A DNA stretch of 53,093 nucleotides from Anaeromyxobacteraceae bacterium (GTDB lineage Bacteria > Myxococcota > Myxococcia > Myxococcales > Anaeromyxobacteraceae): the NCBI GenBank assembly GCA_032654565.1, contig JAULAX010000008.1, positions 1 to 53,093 on the forward strand, in the 5' to 3' direction. Shown one piece after another: positions 1 to 8,034 of this stretch; the first letter of the stretch is position 1; each line of letters starts with the position of its first letter. A program made the position numbers and the translations under genes. Below the pieces are notes generated by a model. It ran no database searches. It was not told the DNA's origin and saw nothing but the letters and a program-made list of their open reading frames with translations.

Positions 1-372
1 GGAGAACGTCAGCGGTGAGGCGAAGCTGGTGTCGGGAGTGGCTGGTATCGTGGTCCATGTTGTTCGCAGGTGGTGCGCCGCTTGGTTGGTGTCCCGGTGA
101 CGCACCGCCTGCTCCTTTCGGTTGTTGGGGTTGGTGATGGTGTTGCGGCCGTGATCCTGCCGCTTCGCCTGACAACAGCCGTCTCGCGCCTCGATGTGCC
201 GACTCGAGGAAAGTCGGGCACTTAGCCAAGCCGACCACTGGCCGCGACTGGTGGTGAACTTCCGCCATCGTGGTTTCAGGTACTTGGCCGTCCCGTCTGC
301 CGCCGAATCCTTGCTGAAGCCCTGGCAAGGCAGACCCGCAACAAGGATGTCGATGCTGGCGAGCAAGGGCAC
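1..372 (-). pseudogene. Possible remnant of a C5 DNA cytosine methyltransferase
   Basis: Minus frame reads IDILVAGLPCQGFS at 313-354, matching C5-MTase catalytic motif IV (PCQxFS). In-frame TGA at 382-384 just upstream; no FxGxG or ENV motif seen; frame open to the window edge. Confidence 0.3.
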
Positions 373-942
373 GCACCGATCTCAGCGCGCCAGGAGTGCA
401 AGAACCCCTTCACAGTGAAGGCCCTTTGCACACTTCGCGGTGGGTCCCGGCGTCGTGCCGATGGGCCAAGAGTGCAGGGCAGACCGGCACTTCCGGTCAC
501 TAAGGACCTCGCGAATCGCGAGGGCTACGGATCGCGAGCAGGTCCGCCGCCTTGGAGGCACAGAGGTACCCGGACCCAAGCCAGGGCAACGAGGGGTTCG
601 GCGCCTCGGGCAGCTGCCGGGCTGGTGGCCCAGCCGGCCGGCTGCCCCGTCAGCGCCGCCGGCGGGAGTGGCCTTCCAGGATCCGCCGGGGAGTGGGGTA
701 GTGGCCGCCAAAGTTCTTGGGGGCGCCCTGGACTCGGCCGTACCAGGAGCAAAACGGCTCCAGTCTTGGGGATAAGGATGATGGAGGCACGGGTCTTCTC
801 CGGACCTCCACCTTCACGTCTGCCGGCGGGGTGGTCCCGCTGGCCGGCGTGAGGGTCACCAGCAACAAGCACAGCGCCTGGTGGCGCAGCTGCGCGCCAC
901 CGGGGCTCGACGCCCGTCGTGTGGCCGCGCTTGGAGCGGCTC

Positions 943-1602
943 ATGACGACCGAGGAGATCCGAGAGCAGTTCGAGAAGAAGGTCCGCGCCGGCATCTTCC
1001 GGCCGGTCATCCGGCACATCAGCGGCAACGACCCCGAGGAGCGGTTGGCCGAGGCGGTGGCCATGACGTTCGAGTTGTACTGGCGCAAGGCGCAGGTCGG
1101 CGTGCTGCTCGACGACGCCTTGCTCGTCCACCACGCCAAGTTACGGGCCATCGACTTGAGCCGGCAGCTCGTGCGCGGAGGGCAGCGGAAGCGCGATGCC
1201 CTCGACCCGCGCAACTACCACCAGGGCCGGGTAGAGATCCTGCGGCTCGACGGCGTGGCCGACGAGGACGGGGAGCTGGCCGGCGAGGAGCAGGGCGATC
1301 TGGTCATCGGCCTGGCCGAGGGGCTGGCGGACGACCCCTCGGCCAAGATCATCTCCGCCATCGACCTGGAGCGGTGGACCGGGAGCTTGCGGGACGTGGA
1401 CCGCGCCGTGCTGGCGGCCCGCTACCAGGGCTGCACGTTGCAGGAGACCGCCGAGGCCATGGACTCGTCCATCTCGGCCATCTTCGCCCGCTTGAAGCGC
1501 CTGGGCGGTGAGCTGGCCTCGCGGGCCGGCGTCACCATCAAGCCAAGGCCGCGTAAGCGCCGGGCGCCGCCGCTGGGGCCCGAGCTGGCCTGCCCGGCCT
1601 GA
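943..1602 (+). CDS. Sigma70/ECF-like DNA-binding protein (C-terminal region-4 HTH)
   Basis: GGAG RBS before ATG 943; C-terminus LRDVDRAVLAARYQGCTLQETAEAMDSSISAIFARLKRL has the sigma region-4 HTH pattern. Confidence 0.65.
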   Translation: MTTEEIREQFEKKVRAGIFRPVIRHISGNDPEERLAEAVAMTFELYWRKAQVGVLLDDALLVHHAKLRAIDLSRQLVRGGQRKRDALDPRNYHQGRVEILRLDGVADEDGELAGEEQGDLVIGLAEGLADDPSAKIISAIDLERWTGSLRDVDRAVLAARYQGCTLQETAEAMDSSISAIFARLKRLGGELASRAGVTIKPRPRKRRAPPLGPELACPA

Positions 1603-1706
1603 AGCGCAGCGCCGAGGGGGCCGGCATCCGCCGCAGCCCCTTCTCTTAGCCATCAACCCCAAGACCTCCGGCCCACCGGCCGGCAGGAGAGAGGAGCGCG
1701 TGAACC

Positions 1707-4700
1707 ATGAAGAAGAAGACCAGCCCCAAGGCCGACCGGCACGCCGCCGTGGTGAGCGTGCAGCGGCTCGTCGAGGCCATGGGCGTGAAGCTCACCCGGC
1801 AGGGCGCCGACCTCAAGGGCGCCTGCCCGTTCCACGAGGACACCGGCACGTCCCTCGTCATCAGCCCCGCCACCAACACCTGGCGCTGCGACGCGTGCCA
1901 GGCCGGCGGCTCGGCGGTGGAGTGGGTGATGAAGGCCCAGGGCGTCAGCCGGCGCCACGCCCTGGAGCTGCTGGCCGACGGCAGCCCGCTGGCGGGCTCG
2001 GTGAAGGCCGGGGCGGTGAAGGTGGCGACCATCCGCAAGCTGGCCGCGCCGGTGACCACCGAGTCCGACGACCACGAGCTGCTGCGCCAGGTGGTGGACT
2101 ACTACCACCAGACCTTGAAGCAGAGCCCCGAGGCGCTCGGCTACCTCACCGAGCGCGGCATCGGCTCCACCGAGGCGGTGGACCGCTTCCGACTCGGCTA
2201 CTCGAACCGCACGCTCGGCCTGCGACTCCCGCCCAAGAACCGCAAGCTGGGCGCCGAGCTGCGCGGTCGGCTCACGGCGCTCGGCATCTACCGCGAGACC
2301 GGCCACGAGCACCTGCCCGGCTCGCTCGTGATCCCGGTCTTCGGCGAGCAGGGCGAGGTGGTGCAGCTCTACGGCCGGAAGGTGACCCCCAACCTGCGCC
2401 CCGGCACGGCGCTCCACCTGTGGCTCCCCGGCCCGCTTCGCGGCGTCTGGAACCGGGAGGGGCTGACCGGCCAGAAGACCCTCATCGTGGCGGGGAGCCT
2501 CATCGACGCACTCACCTTCTGGTGCGCCGGGTACCGGAACGTCACCGCCGCTGGAGGCCAGGACGGGCTCACCGAGGAGCAGGTGGCCACCATCATGGCC
2601 GCCGGGGCGAGGACCGTGCTCCTAGCCCACCGGCGCGACGCCGACGGCGAGAAGACGACCGACGCCATGGCCGAGCGGCTCATGGCCCACGGGCTCGGCT
2701 GCTTCCGAGTCCTGCTCCCGGCCGGCATGGACGTGAACGACCACGCCCTGGCCTCCGACCTGCCCGCGAAGGTCCTTGGGACGGCCCTGCGGCACGCCAC
2801 CTGGCTCGGCAAAGGGAAGAGCCCGGACCTGGACGTGCGGCCCGTGGCGACGCCGCCAGTACCTACGCCGGCCCCGCCGCCTGCCCGCCCCCTGCCCCCG
2901 GAGATCGCGCCCAGCGCGGCCGAAGAGCCCGACCAGCTGGTCCCCGTGGAGGTCGCCACCCCCGAGCCCCCACCTCCGGCCACGACCGAGGTGGCGGCCG
3001 AGCTGAAGGACGAGGAGGTGGTCATCCACCTGGGCCACCGCCGCTACCGGGTGCGCGGGCTGGGCAGGAACCTGAGCTACGACACCCTGCGCGTGAACTT
3101 GCTGGTCACCCTCGACGCCGACGGCGAGGCCCTCCACGCCGACAGCCTGGACCTCTACTCGGCCCGCCAGCGGGGTGCCTTCGTGAAGCAGGCGGCCAGC
3201 GAGCTGGGGCTGCGAGAGGAGGCGGTGAAGCGCGACCTGGGCGCCGTCCTGCTCAAGCTGGAGGCGCTCCAGGAGGTGCAGATCAAGCGGGCGCTGGAGC
3301 CCAAGCGCAAGGAGGTCCACCTGGAGGAGGCCGACCGGGTCGCCGCCCTCGACCTCCTGCGCGACCCCGACCTGGTGCAGCGCATCCTCAGGTGCGGGAT
3401 GGTGGGCGAGGAGACCAACAAGCTCACCGCCTACCTGGCCGCCGTCTCCCGCAAGCTCGACGACCCGCTGGCCGTCATCGTCCAGTCGAGCAGCGCGGCC
3501 GGGAAGACCAGCCTCATGGAGGCCGTGCTGGCCTTCGTGCCCGAGGAGGACCGGCTCCAGTTCTCGGCCATGACCGGGCAGTCGCTCTTCTACATGGGAG
3601 AGGGCGACCTCACCCACCGCATCCTGGCCATCGCCGAGGAGGAGGGGGCGGAGCGGGCCAGCTACGCGCTCAAGCTGCTCCAGAGCGACGGGGAGCTGAC
3701 CATCGCCTCCACCGGCAAGGACCCGAACACCGGCCGCCTGGTGGCCCAGGAGTACCGGGTGCAGGGGCCGGTGATGCTGCTCCTCACCACCACCGCCATC
3801 GACCTCGACGAGGAGCTGCTCAACCGGGCCGTGCTCCTCACCGTGGACGAGGACCGGGAGCAGACCCGGGCCATCCACCGGCTCCAGCGGGCCCGCCAGA
3901 CGCTGGAGGGGCTGCTGGCGCGGCGGGAGCGGGACCAGGTGCTGAAGGTCCACCAGGACGCCCAGCGGCTGCTCAGGCCGCTCCTGGTGGCCAACCCCTA
4001 CGCCCCCGAGCTCACCTTCCTCGACGACCGGACCCGGACCCGGCGGGACCATGGCAAGTACCTCACCCTCATCCGGGCCATCGCACTCCTCCACCAGCAC
4101 CAGCGGCCGGTGAAGACCATCCAGCAGGCCGGCCAGGTGGTCGAGTACATCGAGGTGGCGCTCTCCGACATCGCGCTCGCCAACCGGCTGGCCCACGAGG
4201 TGCTGGGGCGCAGCCTGGACGACCTGCCGCCCCAGGCCCGCCGGCTGCTCCTCCTGCTCGATCGGATGGTGGACGAGCGTTGCGCCAAGGCCGGCATCGA
4301 GCGCAGCGCCTACCGCTTCAGCCGGCGCGAGGTGCGCGACCACCTGGGCTGGAGCGACTTCCAGGTCCGGACCCACATGGAGAAGCTGGTGGCGCTGGAG
4401 TACGTGCTGGTCCACCGGGGCGGCCGGGGCCAGCTCTTCTGCTACGAACTCCTCTACGACGGCCACGGCCAGGACGGCGCGCCCTTCCTGGTGGGGCTGC
4501 TCGACGTGGGGAAGCTGAAGGTCGAGGGGGCGTCGGCGCAGATCGAGGGGTCGCCGACGGGGTTCGAGGGTCCTCCGAGCCCCCATGGAGCCCTCATCGA
4601 GGCCCCACCGAGCCCAACCACCACCGAGGAGAACCCGAGCGAGATCGGCCCCCTGGCCGCCGACCACGAGGTCGGCCGAGAAGCCACGCCGCAGGAGACC

Positions 4701-4742
4701 ACCACCGGCACGTCGTACCCACACACCGAGGAGGGCACCTGA
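1707..4742 (+). CDS. DNA primase-helicase fusion (CHC2 zinc finger, DnaG-like core/TOPRIM, Pro-rich linker, MCM-like AAA+ ATPase)
   Basis: CPFHED...WRCDAC zinc finger; RFRLGYSNRTLG, SLVIP...QLYGRK, LIDALTFW; Walker A SSAAGKTS, Walker B ILAIAEEEG, ELLNR; GAGGAG RBS. Confidence 0.9.
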   Translation: MKKKTSPKADRHAAVVSVQRLVEAMGVKLTRQGADLKGACPFHEDTGTSLVISPATNTWRCDACQAGGSAVEWVMKAQGVSRRHALELLADGSPLAGSVKAGAVKVATIRKLAAPVTTESDDHELLRQVVDYYHQTLKQSPEALGYLTERGIGSTEAVDRFRLGYSNRTLGLRLPPKNRKLGAELRGRLTALGIYRETGHEHLPGSLVIPVFGEQGEVVQLYGRKVTPNLRPGTALHLWLPGPLRGVWNREGLTGQKTLIVAGSLIDALTFWCAGYRNVTAAGGQDGLTEEQVATIMAAGARTVLLAHRRDADGEKTTDAMAERLMAHGLGCFRVLLPAGMDVNDHALASDLPAKVLGTALRHATWLGKGKSPDLDVRPVATPPVPTPAPPPARPLPPEIAPSAAEEPDQLVPVEVATPEPPPPATTEVAAELKDEEVVIHLGHRRYRVRGLGRNLSYDTLRVNLLVTLDADGEALHADSLDLYSARQRGAFVKQAASELGLREEAVKRDLGAVLLKLEALQEVQIKRALEPKRKEVHLEEADRVAALDLLRDPDLVQRILRCGMVGEETNKLTAYLAAVSRKLDDPLAVIVQSSSAAGKTSLMEAVLAFVPEEDRLQFSAMTGQSLFYMGEGDLTHRILAIAEEEGAERASYALKLLQSDGELTIASTGKDPNTGRLVAQEYRVQGPVMLLLTTTAIDLDEELLNRAVLLTVDEDREQTRAIHRLQRARQTLEGLLARRERDQVLKVHQDAQRLLRPLLVANPYAPELTFLDDRTRTRRDHGKYLTLIRAIALLHQHQRPVKTIQQAGQVVEYIEVALSDIALANRLAHEVLGRSLDDLPPQARRLLLLLDRMVDERCAKAGIERSAYRFSRREVRDHLGWSDFQVRTHMEKLVALEYVLVHRGGRGQLFCYELLYDGHGQDGAPFLVGLLDVGKLKVEGASAQIEGSPTGFEGPPSPHGALIEAPPSPTTTEENPSEIGPLAADHEVGREATPQETTTGTSYPHTEEGT

Positions 4743-5827
4743 TGGCCAGGAAGAAGAAGGCGAAGAAGACGGCCGCCATCGAGTCCCTCAACGGCCACCC
4801 GCCCGGCAGCATGCGGGCCATGATGGCCGCCTACCTGGAGTGGATGGGCATCCGGGCCTACACCGAGCGGTCCATCGAGTCCCGGGCGGAGATCCTGGGC
4901 TACTTTGCCGGCTGGTGCGAGGAGCGCGGACTCCTGAGGCCCCAGGAGGTGACCCGGCCCATCCTCCAGCGGTACCAGCGGTGGCTCTTCTACTACCGCA
5001 AGAAGAACGGCCAGCCGCTCGGCATCTCTACCCAGTACGAGCGGCTGGTGGTGGTGACCACGTTCTTCCGCTGGCTTACCCGCAACAACCACCTGCTCTA
5101 CAACCCGGCCAGCGAGCTGGAGCTGCCCCGCACAGAGAAGCGGCTCCCCAAGGCCATCCTCACCATCGAGGAGGTCGAGAAGGTACTGGCCGAGCCCGAC
5201 CTCAACGACACCATCGGGGTGCGCGACCGGGCCATCATGGAGACGCTCTACTCCACCGGCATCCGGCGCAAGGAGGTCGTGGAGCTGACCATCTTCAGCC
5301 TGGACCGCGACCGGGGCACGCTGCTGATCCGCAAGGGCAAGGGGAAGAAGGACCGCATCATCCCCATCGGCGAGCGGGCCATGGCTTGGGTGGAGAAGTA
5401 CCTCACCGAGGTCCGGCCGCAGCTCTCGATGGAACCGGACGACGGCTTCCTGTTCCTCACCGGCGAGGGTGAGCCCGTCACCCCGGGCCACCTCACCGAT
5501 CAGGTGAGCGCCTACATCGACGCGGCCGGCATCGGCAAGAAGGGCTCGTGCCACCTGTTCCGGCACACCTGCGCGACCCTGATGCTGGAGGGCGGCGCCG
5601 ACATCAGGTTCATCCAGCAGCTGCTCGGCCACGAGAGCCTGACCTCGACCCAGCTCTACACCCGCGTCTCGATCCGCAAGCTGAAGGAGATCCACACGGC
5701 CACGCACCCGGCCGCCAGGCTGGAGCGCAAGGGCGCCCGCGAGGAGCCCGAGGAGGACCCCGAGGCAGACCGCGCCGAGGTGCTGGCGAAGCTCGACGAG
5801 GAGGCCGAGGAGGAGCACGGAGAGTAG
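4742..5827 (+). CDS. Site-specific tyrosine recombinase, XerC/XerD-like (361 aa)
   Basis: ATG overlaps the primase stop (TGATG). Catalytic set present: STGIRRKE (R), KGKGKKDR (K), HLFRH, LLGH, TQLYT (Y). Only the last 361 aa of the track ORF 1508..5827 is credible. Confidence 0.93.
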   Translation: MARKKKAKKTAAIESLNGHPPGSMRAMMAAYLEWMGIRAYTERSIESRAEILGYFAGWCEERGLLRPQEVTRPILQRYQRWLFYYRKKNGQPLGISTQYERLVVVTTFFRWLTRNNHLLYNPASELELPRTEKRLPKAILTIEEVEKVLAEPDLNDTIGVRDRAIMETLYSTGIRRKEVVELTIFSLDRDRGTLLIRKGKGKKDRIIPIGERAMAWVEKYLTEVRPQLSMEPDDGFLFLTGEGEPVTPGHLTDQVSAYIDAAGIGKKGSCHLFRHTCATLMLEGGADIRFIQQLLGHESLTSTQLYTRVSIRKLKEIHTATHPAARLERKGAREEPEEDPEADRAEVLAKLDEEAEEEHGE

Positions 5828-5847
5828 GACCCCCGCTTCGCCCTGCG

Positions 5848-5856
5848 TGCTAGCAT
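5848..5856 (+). promoter_or_regulatory. Putative extended -10 promoter (TGc-TAGCAT) for the orphan Rhs toxin gene
   Basis: TGCTAGCAT lies 9 nt before GTG 5866, the same geometry as the TANNNT boxes before several host genes in this window. Confidence 0.4.
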
Positions 5857-5865
5857 TGGCGTCCT

Positions 5866-6786
5866 GTGCTGACCGCTGGCCGCTTCCTCTGCCTCCTCCT
5901 CGCCACCATCCAGGCGCCGACCAGCACGCTGGGTGACGGCTTCGCGGGAACTCGCGTCAGGGTTCTTGGTCGCATCCTGGATGTCGCATCTGGGCTCGCA
6001 GATCGCCCAACCCCAGGACCGCACAGGGCTTCGCCCTTCACCTACGGCGAAACCGCATCGGGCCCCTCCAGTCAGTACAACGGGCGGGTCTTCGACCCGG
6101 AGACGGGGTTCCACGACTACGGCGCCCGGATGTACTGGCCGCAGATCGGGAGGTTCATCTCGGCGGACTCGGTGATGGGATCCACCGCGAGCCCGATGAC
6201 GCTCAATCGGTACTCGTATGTGCTGAACAATCCGTACAAGTACACGGATCCGACCGGCAAGGCGCCAAACCAAGCTGGCGCTACGGACTGGCACCATGTT
6301 GCCGGTGCGCTGCAATCAGGCTCACTTTCTCAGCTTAGCGCCTCACACGGAACCAATGCGTCGAGGTACTTCTTCACCGAGAAGTTCGGCTGGGTGGACA
6401 TCAGGCACTTTGGAGCCGCAGCTAGCCAAGTGGCCGATAAAGGAATGCCGGGCCCAGTCGTGAAGGCCATGGGGTACGGAGTTGAGGTTCAGCAGTGGAT
6501 GAACGAAGGACCGAACGACTATCAGAGCGCGTTTTCGCCTGAAGACATTCCGAGCAACTCTGCGGGGGTAGACTTCGCCCAATCAATTGGCAAGGGAGAA
6601 TCACCTGCCGAAGCCTTCCCTCGATGGGTGCTCGGCGTAGGGGGCAAAGAGCTATCTGAATCGGGCCGGGAGAAGTTGCCTGCGACTGATCCATCCATGC
6701 GCAATCGGAACTCGGCAGGAAAGGCCAAGGAATGGTCAAGCGGCAATCCTAACTCCCAGAACCCGGACCGGAGCAAGAAGCAATGA
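5866..6786 (+). CDS. Orphan Rhs toxin module: short leader, Rhs-associated core end and C-terminal toxin domain
   Basis: QYNGRVFDPETGFHDYGARMYWPQIGRFISAD...LNRYSYVLNNPYKYTDPTG is a canonical Rhs core with a DPxG cleavage motif (ends 6258); a 175-aa lower-GC tip follows; no YD-repeat body. Confidence 0.85.
   Translation: MLTAGRFLCLLLATIQAPTSTLGDGFAGTRVRVLGRILDVASGLADRPTPGPHRASPFTYGETASGPSSQYNGRVFDPETGFHDYGARMYWPQIGRFISADSVMGSTASPMTLNRYSYVLNNPYKYTDPTGKAPNQAGATDWHHVAGALQSGSLSQLSASHGTNASRYFFTEKFGWVDIRHFGAAASQVADKGMPGPVVKAMGYGVEVQQWMNEGPNDYQSAFSPEDIPSNSAGVDFAQSIGKGESPAEAFPRWVLGVGGKELSESGREKLPATDPSMRNRNSAGKAKEWSSGNPNSQNPDRSKKQ
5949..6062 (+). repeat. Cluster of imperfect direct repeats CGCRTC-n-GG at the element/Rhs junction (candidate recombination or binding sites)
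   Basis: AACTCGCGTCAGGG 5949-5962, GTCGCATCCTGG 5969-5980, GTCGCATCTGGG 5983-5994, ACCGCACAGGG 6018-6028, AAACCGCATCGGG 6050-6062; Rhs homology begins just after the last copy. Confidence 0.5.
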
Positions 6787-7064
6787 CGGCCTATCCGAGC
6801 AAGAGTGGGCTCTCGTGGCTATGGTTGCGCCTTGGTCAGTACTTGGCCCTCGCGCTGTCGTTCTTCTTGGTAGTGCCCCCGCTCAGATCGGCGGCGGAGC
6901 TACCGGTGCCAGTGGGTCGCTCGGCGATCTTGGCGCTGCTGTGCTTCGCCGTTCATGCTGCGCTGGCGCGCAGAATCAAGCCTACCTGGGTAGATGTGTG
7001 TGTCCAATCCAGCATGTTCTTCCTGCTGATCTACGCCATCTATACTCGCGTCAACTACTGTTAG
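6783..7064 (+). CDS. Putative immunity protein (small, about 3 hydrophobic helices)
   Basis: ATGA overlap with the toxin stop; same lower GC as the toxin tip; 93 aa, hydrophobic. Confidence 0.65.
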   Translation: MTAYPSKSGLSWLWLRLGQYLALALSFFLVVPPLRSAAELPVPVGRSAILALLCFAVHAALARRIKPTWVDVCVQSSMFFLLIYAIYTRVNYC

Positions 7065-7206
7065 ACGCACTCAGCTTAGGCTGCTTCCGCCGAACATAGT
7101 GGAGCGAAGGGAGGGCCGGTCGGTGCCGTCCCACAATGATGGGCCTCAGCATGAGCGCGAAACCCACCTGGCGCAGGCGGGTACCTGGGGCTGTCTCGGT
7201 AGTGAG

Positions 7207-7512
7207 CTATCTGGACAGCGCCCTCGCCACGGTGGACTTCGGGACCTTGAGCGCGACGGCGACCTCCCGGACGCTCTTGCCGGCCTGCTTCATGGCGACA
7301 ACCCGGTCGCGGGTCTGGGAGTCGAGGCGTCTCGGCCTGCCCCAGGACCCTCCCTCGGCCTCGACCCGCTCCCTGGCCGCGGAGATCCGCTCGTTGATGG
7401 AGAGCCGCTCCATCTTGGCGGCCCAGGCCATGACGGCCAGGACCACCTCGGCGGCGGGTCCGTCCAGGGCGAAGCCGTCGGAGACGGAAACCAGCGCGGC
7501 ACCGTGGGCTCG
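7207..7512 (-). pseudogene. Truncated serine resolvase/invertase (C-terminal half with HTH)
   Basis: RAHGAALVSVSDGFALDGPAAEVVLAVMAWAAKMERLSINERISAARERVEAEGGSWGRPRR...KSVREVAVALKVPKSTVARAL; the catalytic N-terminus (YxRVS) is absent. Confidence 0.8.
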
Positions 7513-7566
7513 TCCCGTCCAAATGGCCCCTCGACGGTGGTTCACCAAGCGGCTAGGGTTGCCCAC

Positions 7567-8010
7567 ATGATCCTCCTCGTCCACGGCCCCAACCTGAACC
7601 TGCTCGGCGAGCGCGAGCCGGAGATCTACGGCGCCACCACGCTGTCGGAGATCGAGCAGATGGTCCGCAACGCCTGCGACGCCTGGGGCGTGCCGGTCAA
7701 GGCCGGCCAGTCGAACCACGAGGGCGGGCTCATCGACTTCATCCAGCAGCACCGCAAGGAGGCGCGCGGGATCATCATCAACCCCGGCGCCTACACCCAC
7801 ACCAGCATCGCCCTCTACGACTGCCTCAAGTCGGTGGCGGCGCCGGTGGTCGAGGTGCACATCTCCAACATCCACGCCCGCGAGGAGTTCCGCCGCAAGA
7901 GCGTGGTGGCCGGCGCCTGCCGCGGCCAGATCACCGGGCTCGGGGTGCGCGGCTACATCCTGGCCGCCGAGTGGCTCTGCGCCGAGATGGGCGCGCGCCC
8001 CAAGTCGTAG
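7567..8010 (+). CDS. aroQ: Type II 3-dehydroquinate dehydratase
   Basis: HGPNLNLLGEREPEIYG, QSNHEG, INPGAYTHTS, EVHISNIHAREEFR. Confidence 0.96.
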   Translation: MILLVHGPNLNLLGEREPEIYGATTLSEIEQMVRNACDAWGVPVKAGQSNHEGGLIDFIQQHRKEARGIIINPGAYTHTSIALYDCLKSVAAPVVEVHISNIHAREEFRRKSVVAGACRGQITGLGVRGYILAAEWLCAEMGARPKS

Positions 8011-8034
8011 GGACGCGCCCCGCCCGCCCACCGG

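Larger units (their letters stand above)
1..7512. mobile_element. Right part of a putative integrative element/island (sigma-like regulator, primase-helicase, tyrosine recombinase, orphan Rhs toxin tip, immunity candidate, resolvase remnant); left end lies outside the window
   Basis: Replication and recombination genes cluster with a toxin/immunity pair; GC visibly lower at ~1-500 and ~6260-7100; host-type gene aroQ resumes at 7567. Boundaries approximate. Confidence 0.7.

Noticed and set aside
1508..5827. 1439-aa ORF suggesting a giant recombinase fusion
   Set aside because: The first ~1080 codons are an Arg/Gly/Pro-rich alternative frame over the primase, a high-GC artefact. The recombinase starts at ATG 4742 by TGATG coupling, and no slippery site was seen.
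4742..5827. Housekeeping xerC/xerD or an integron integrase
   Set aside because: Coupled to a mobile-type primase; no IntI-specific insertion or attC array was recognised, so no gene symbol was assigned.
5949..6062. Short repeats considered as a CRISPR array
   Set aside because: Repeats are only 11-14 bp, degenerate and irregularly spaced, with no cas genes. Kept as candidate recombination sites instead.
6073..6258. Orphan tip as a spare warhead for the teneurin-like gene at 45618
   Set aside because: The core sequences differ in type (GRFISAD/NRYSYVLNNP versus GRWTAKDP/NLYGYVHGDP), with no obvious DNA identity for homologous exchange.
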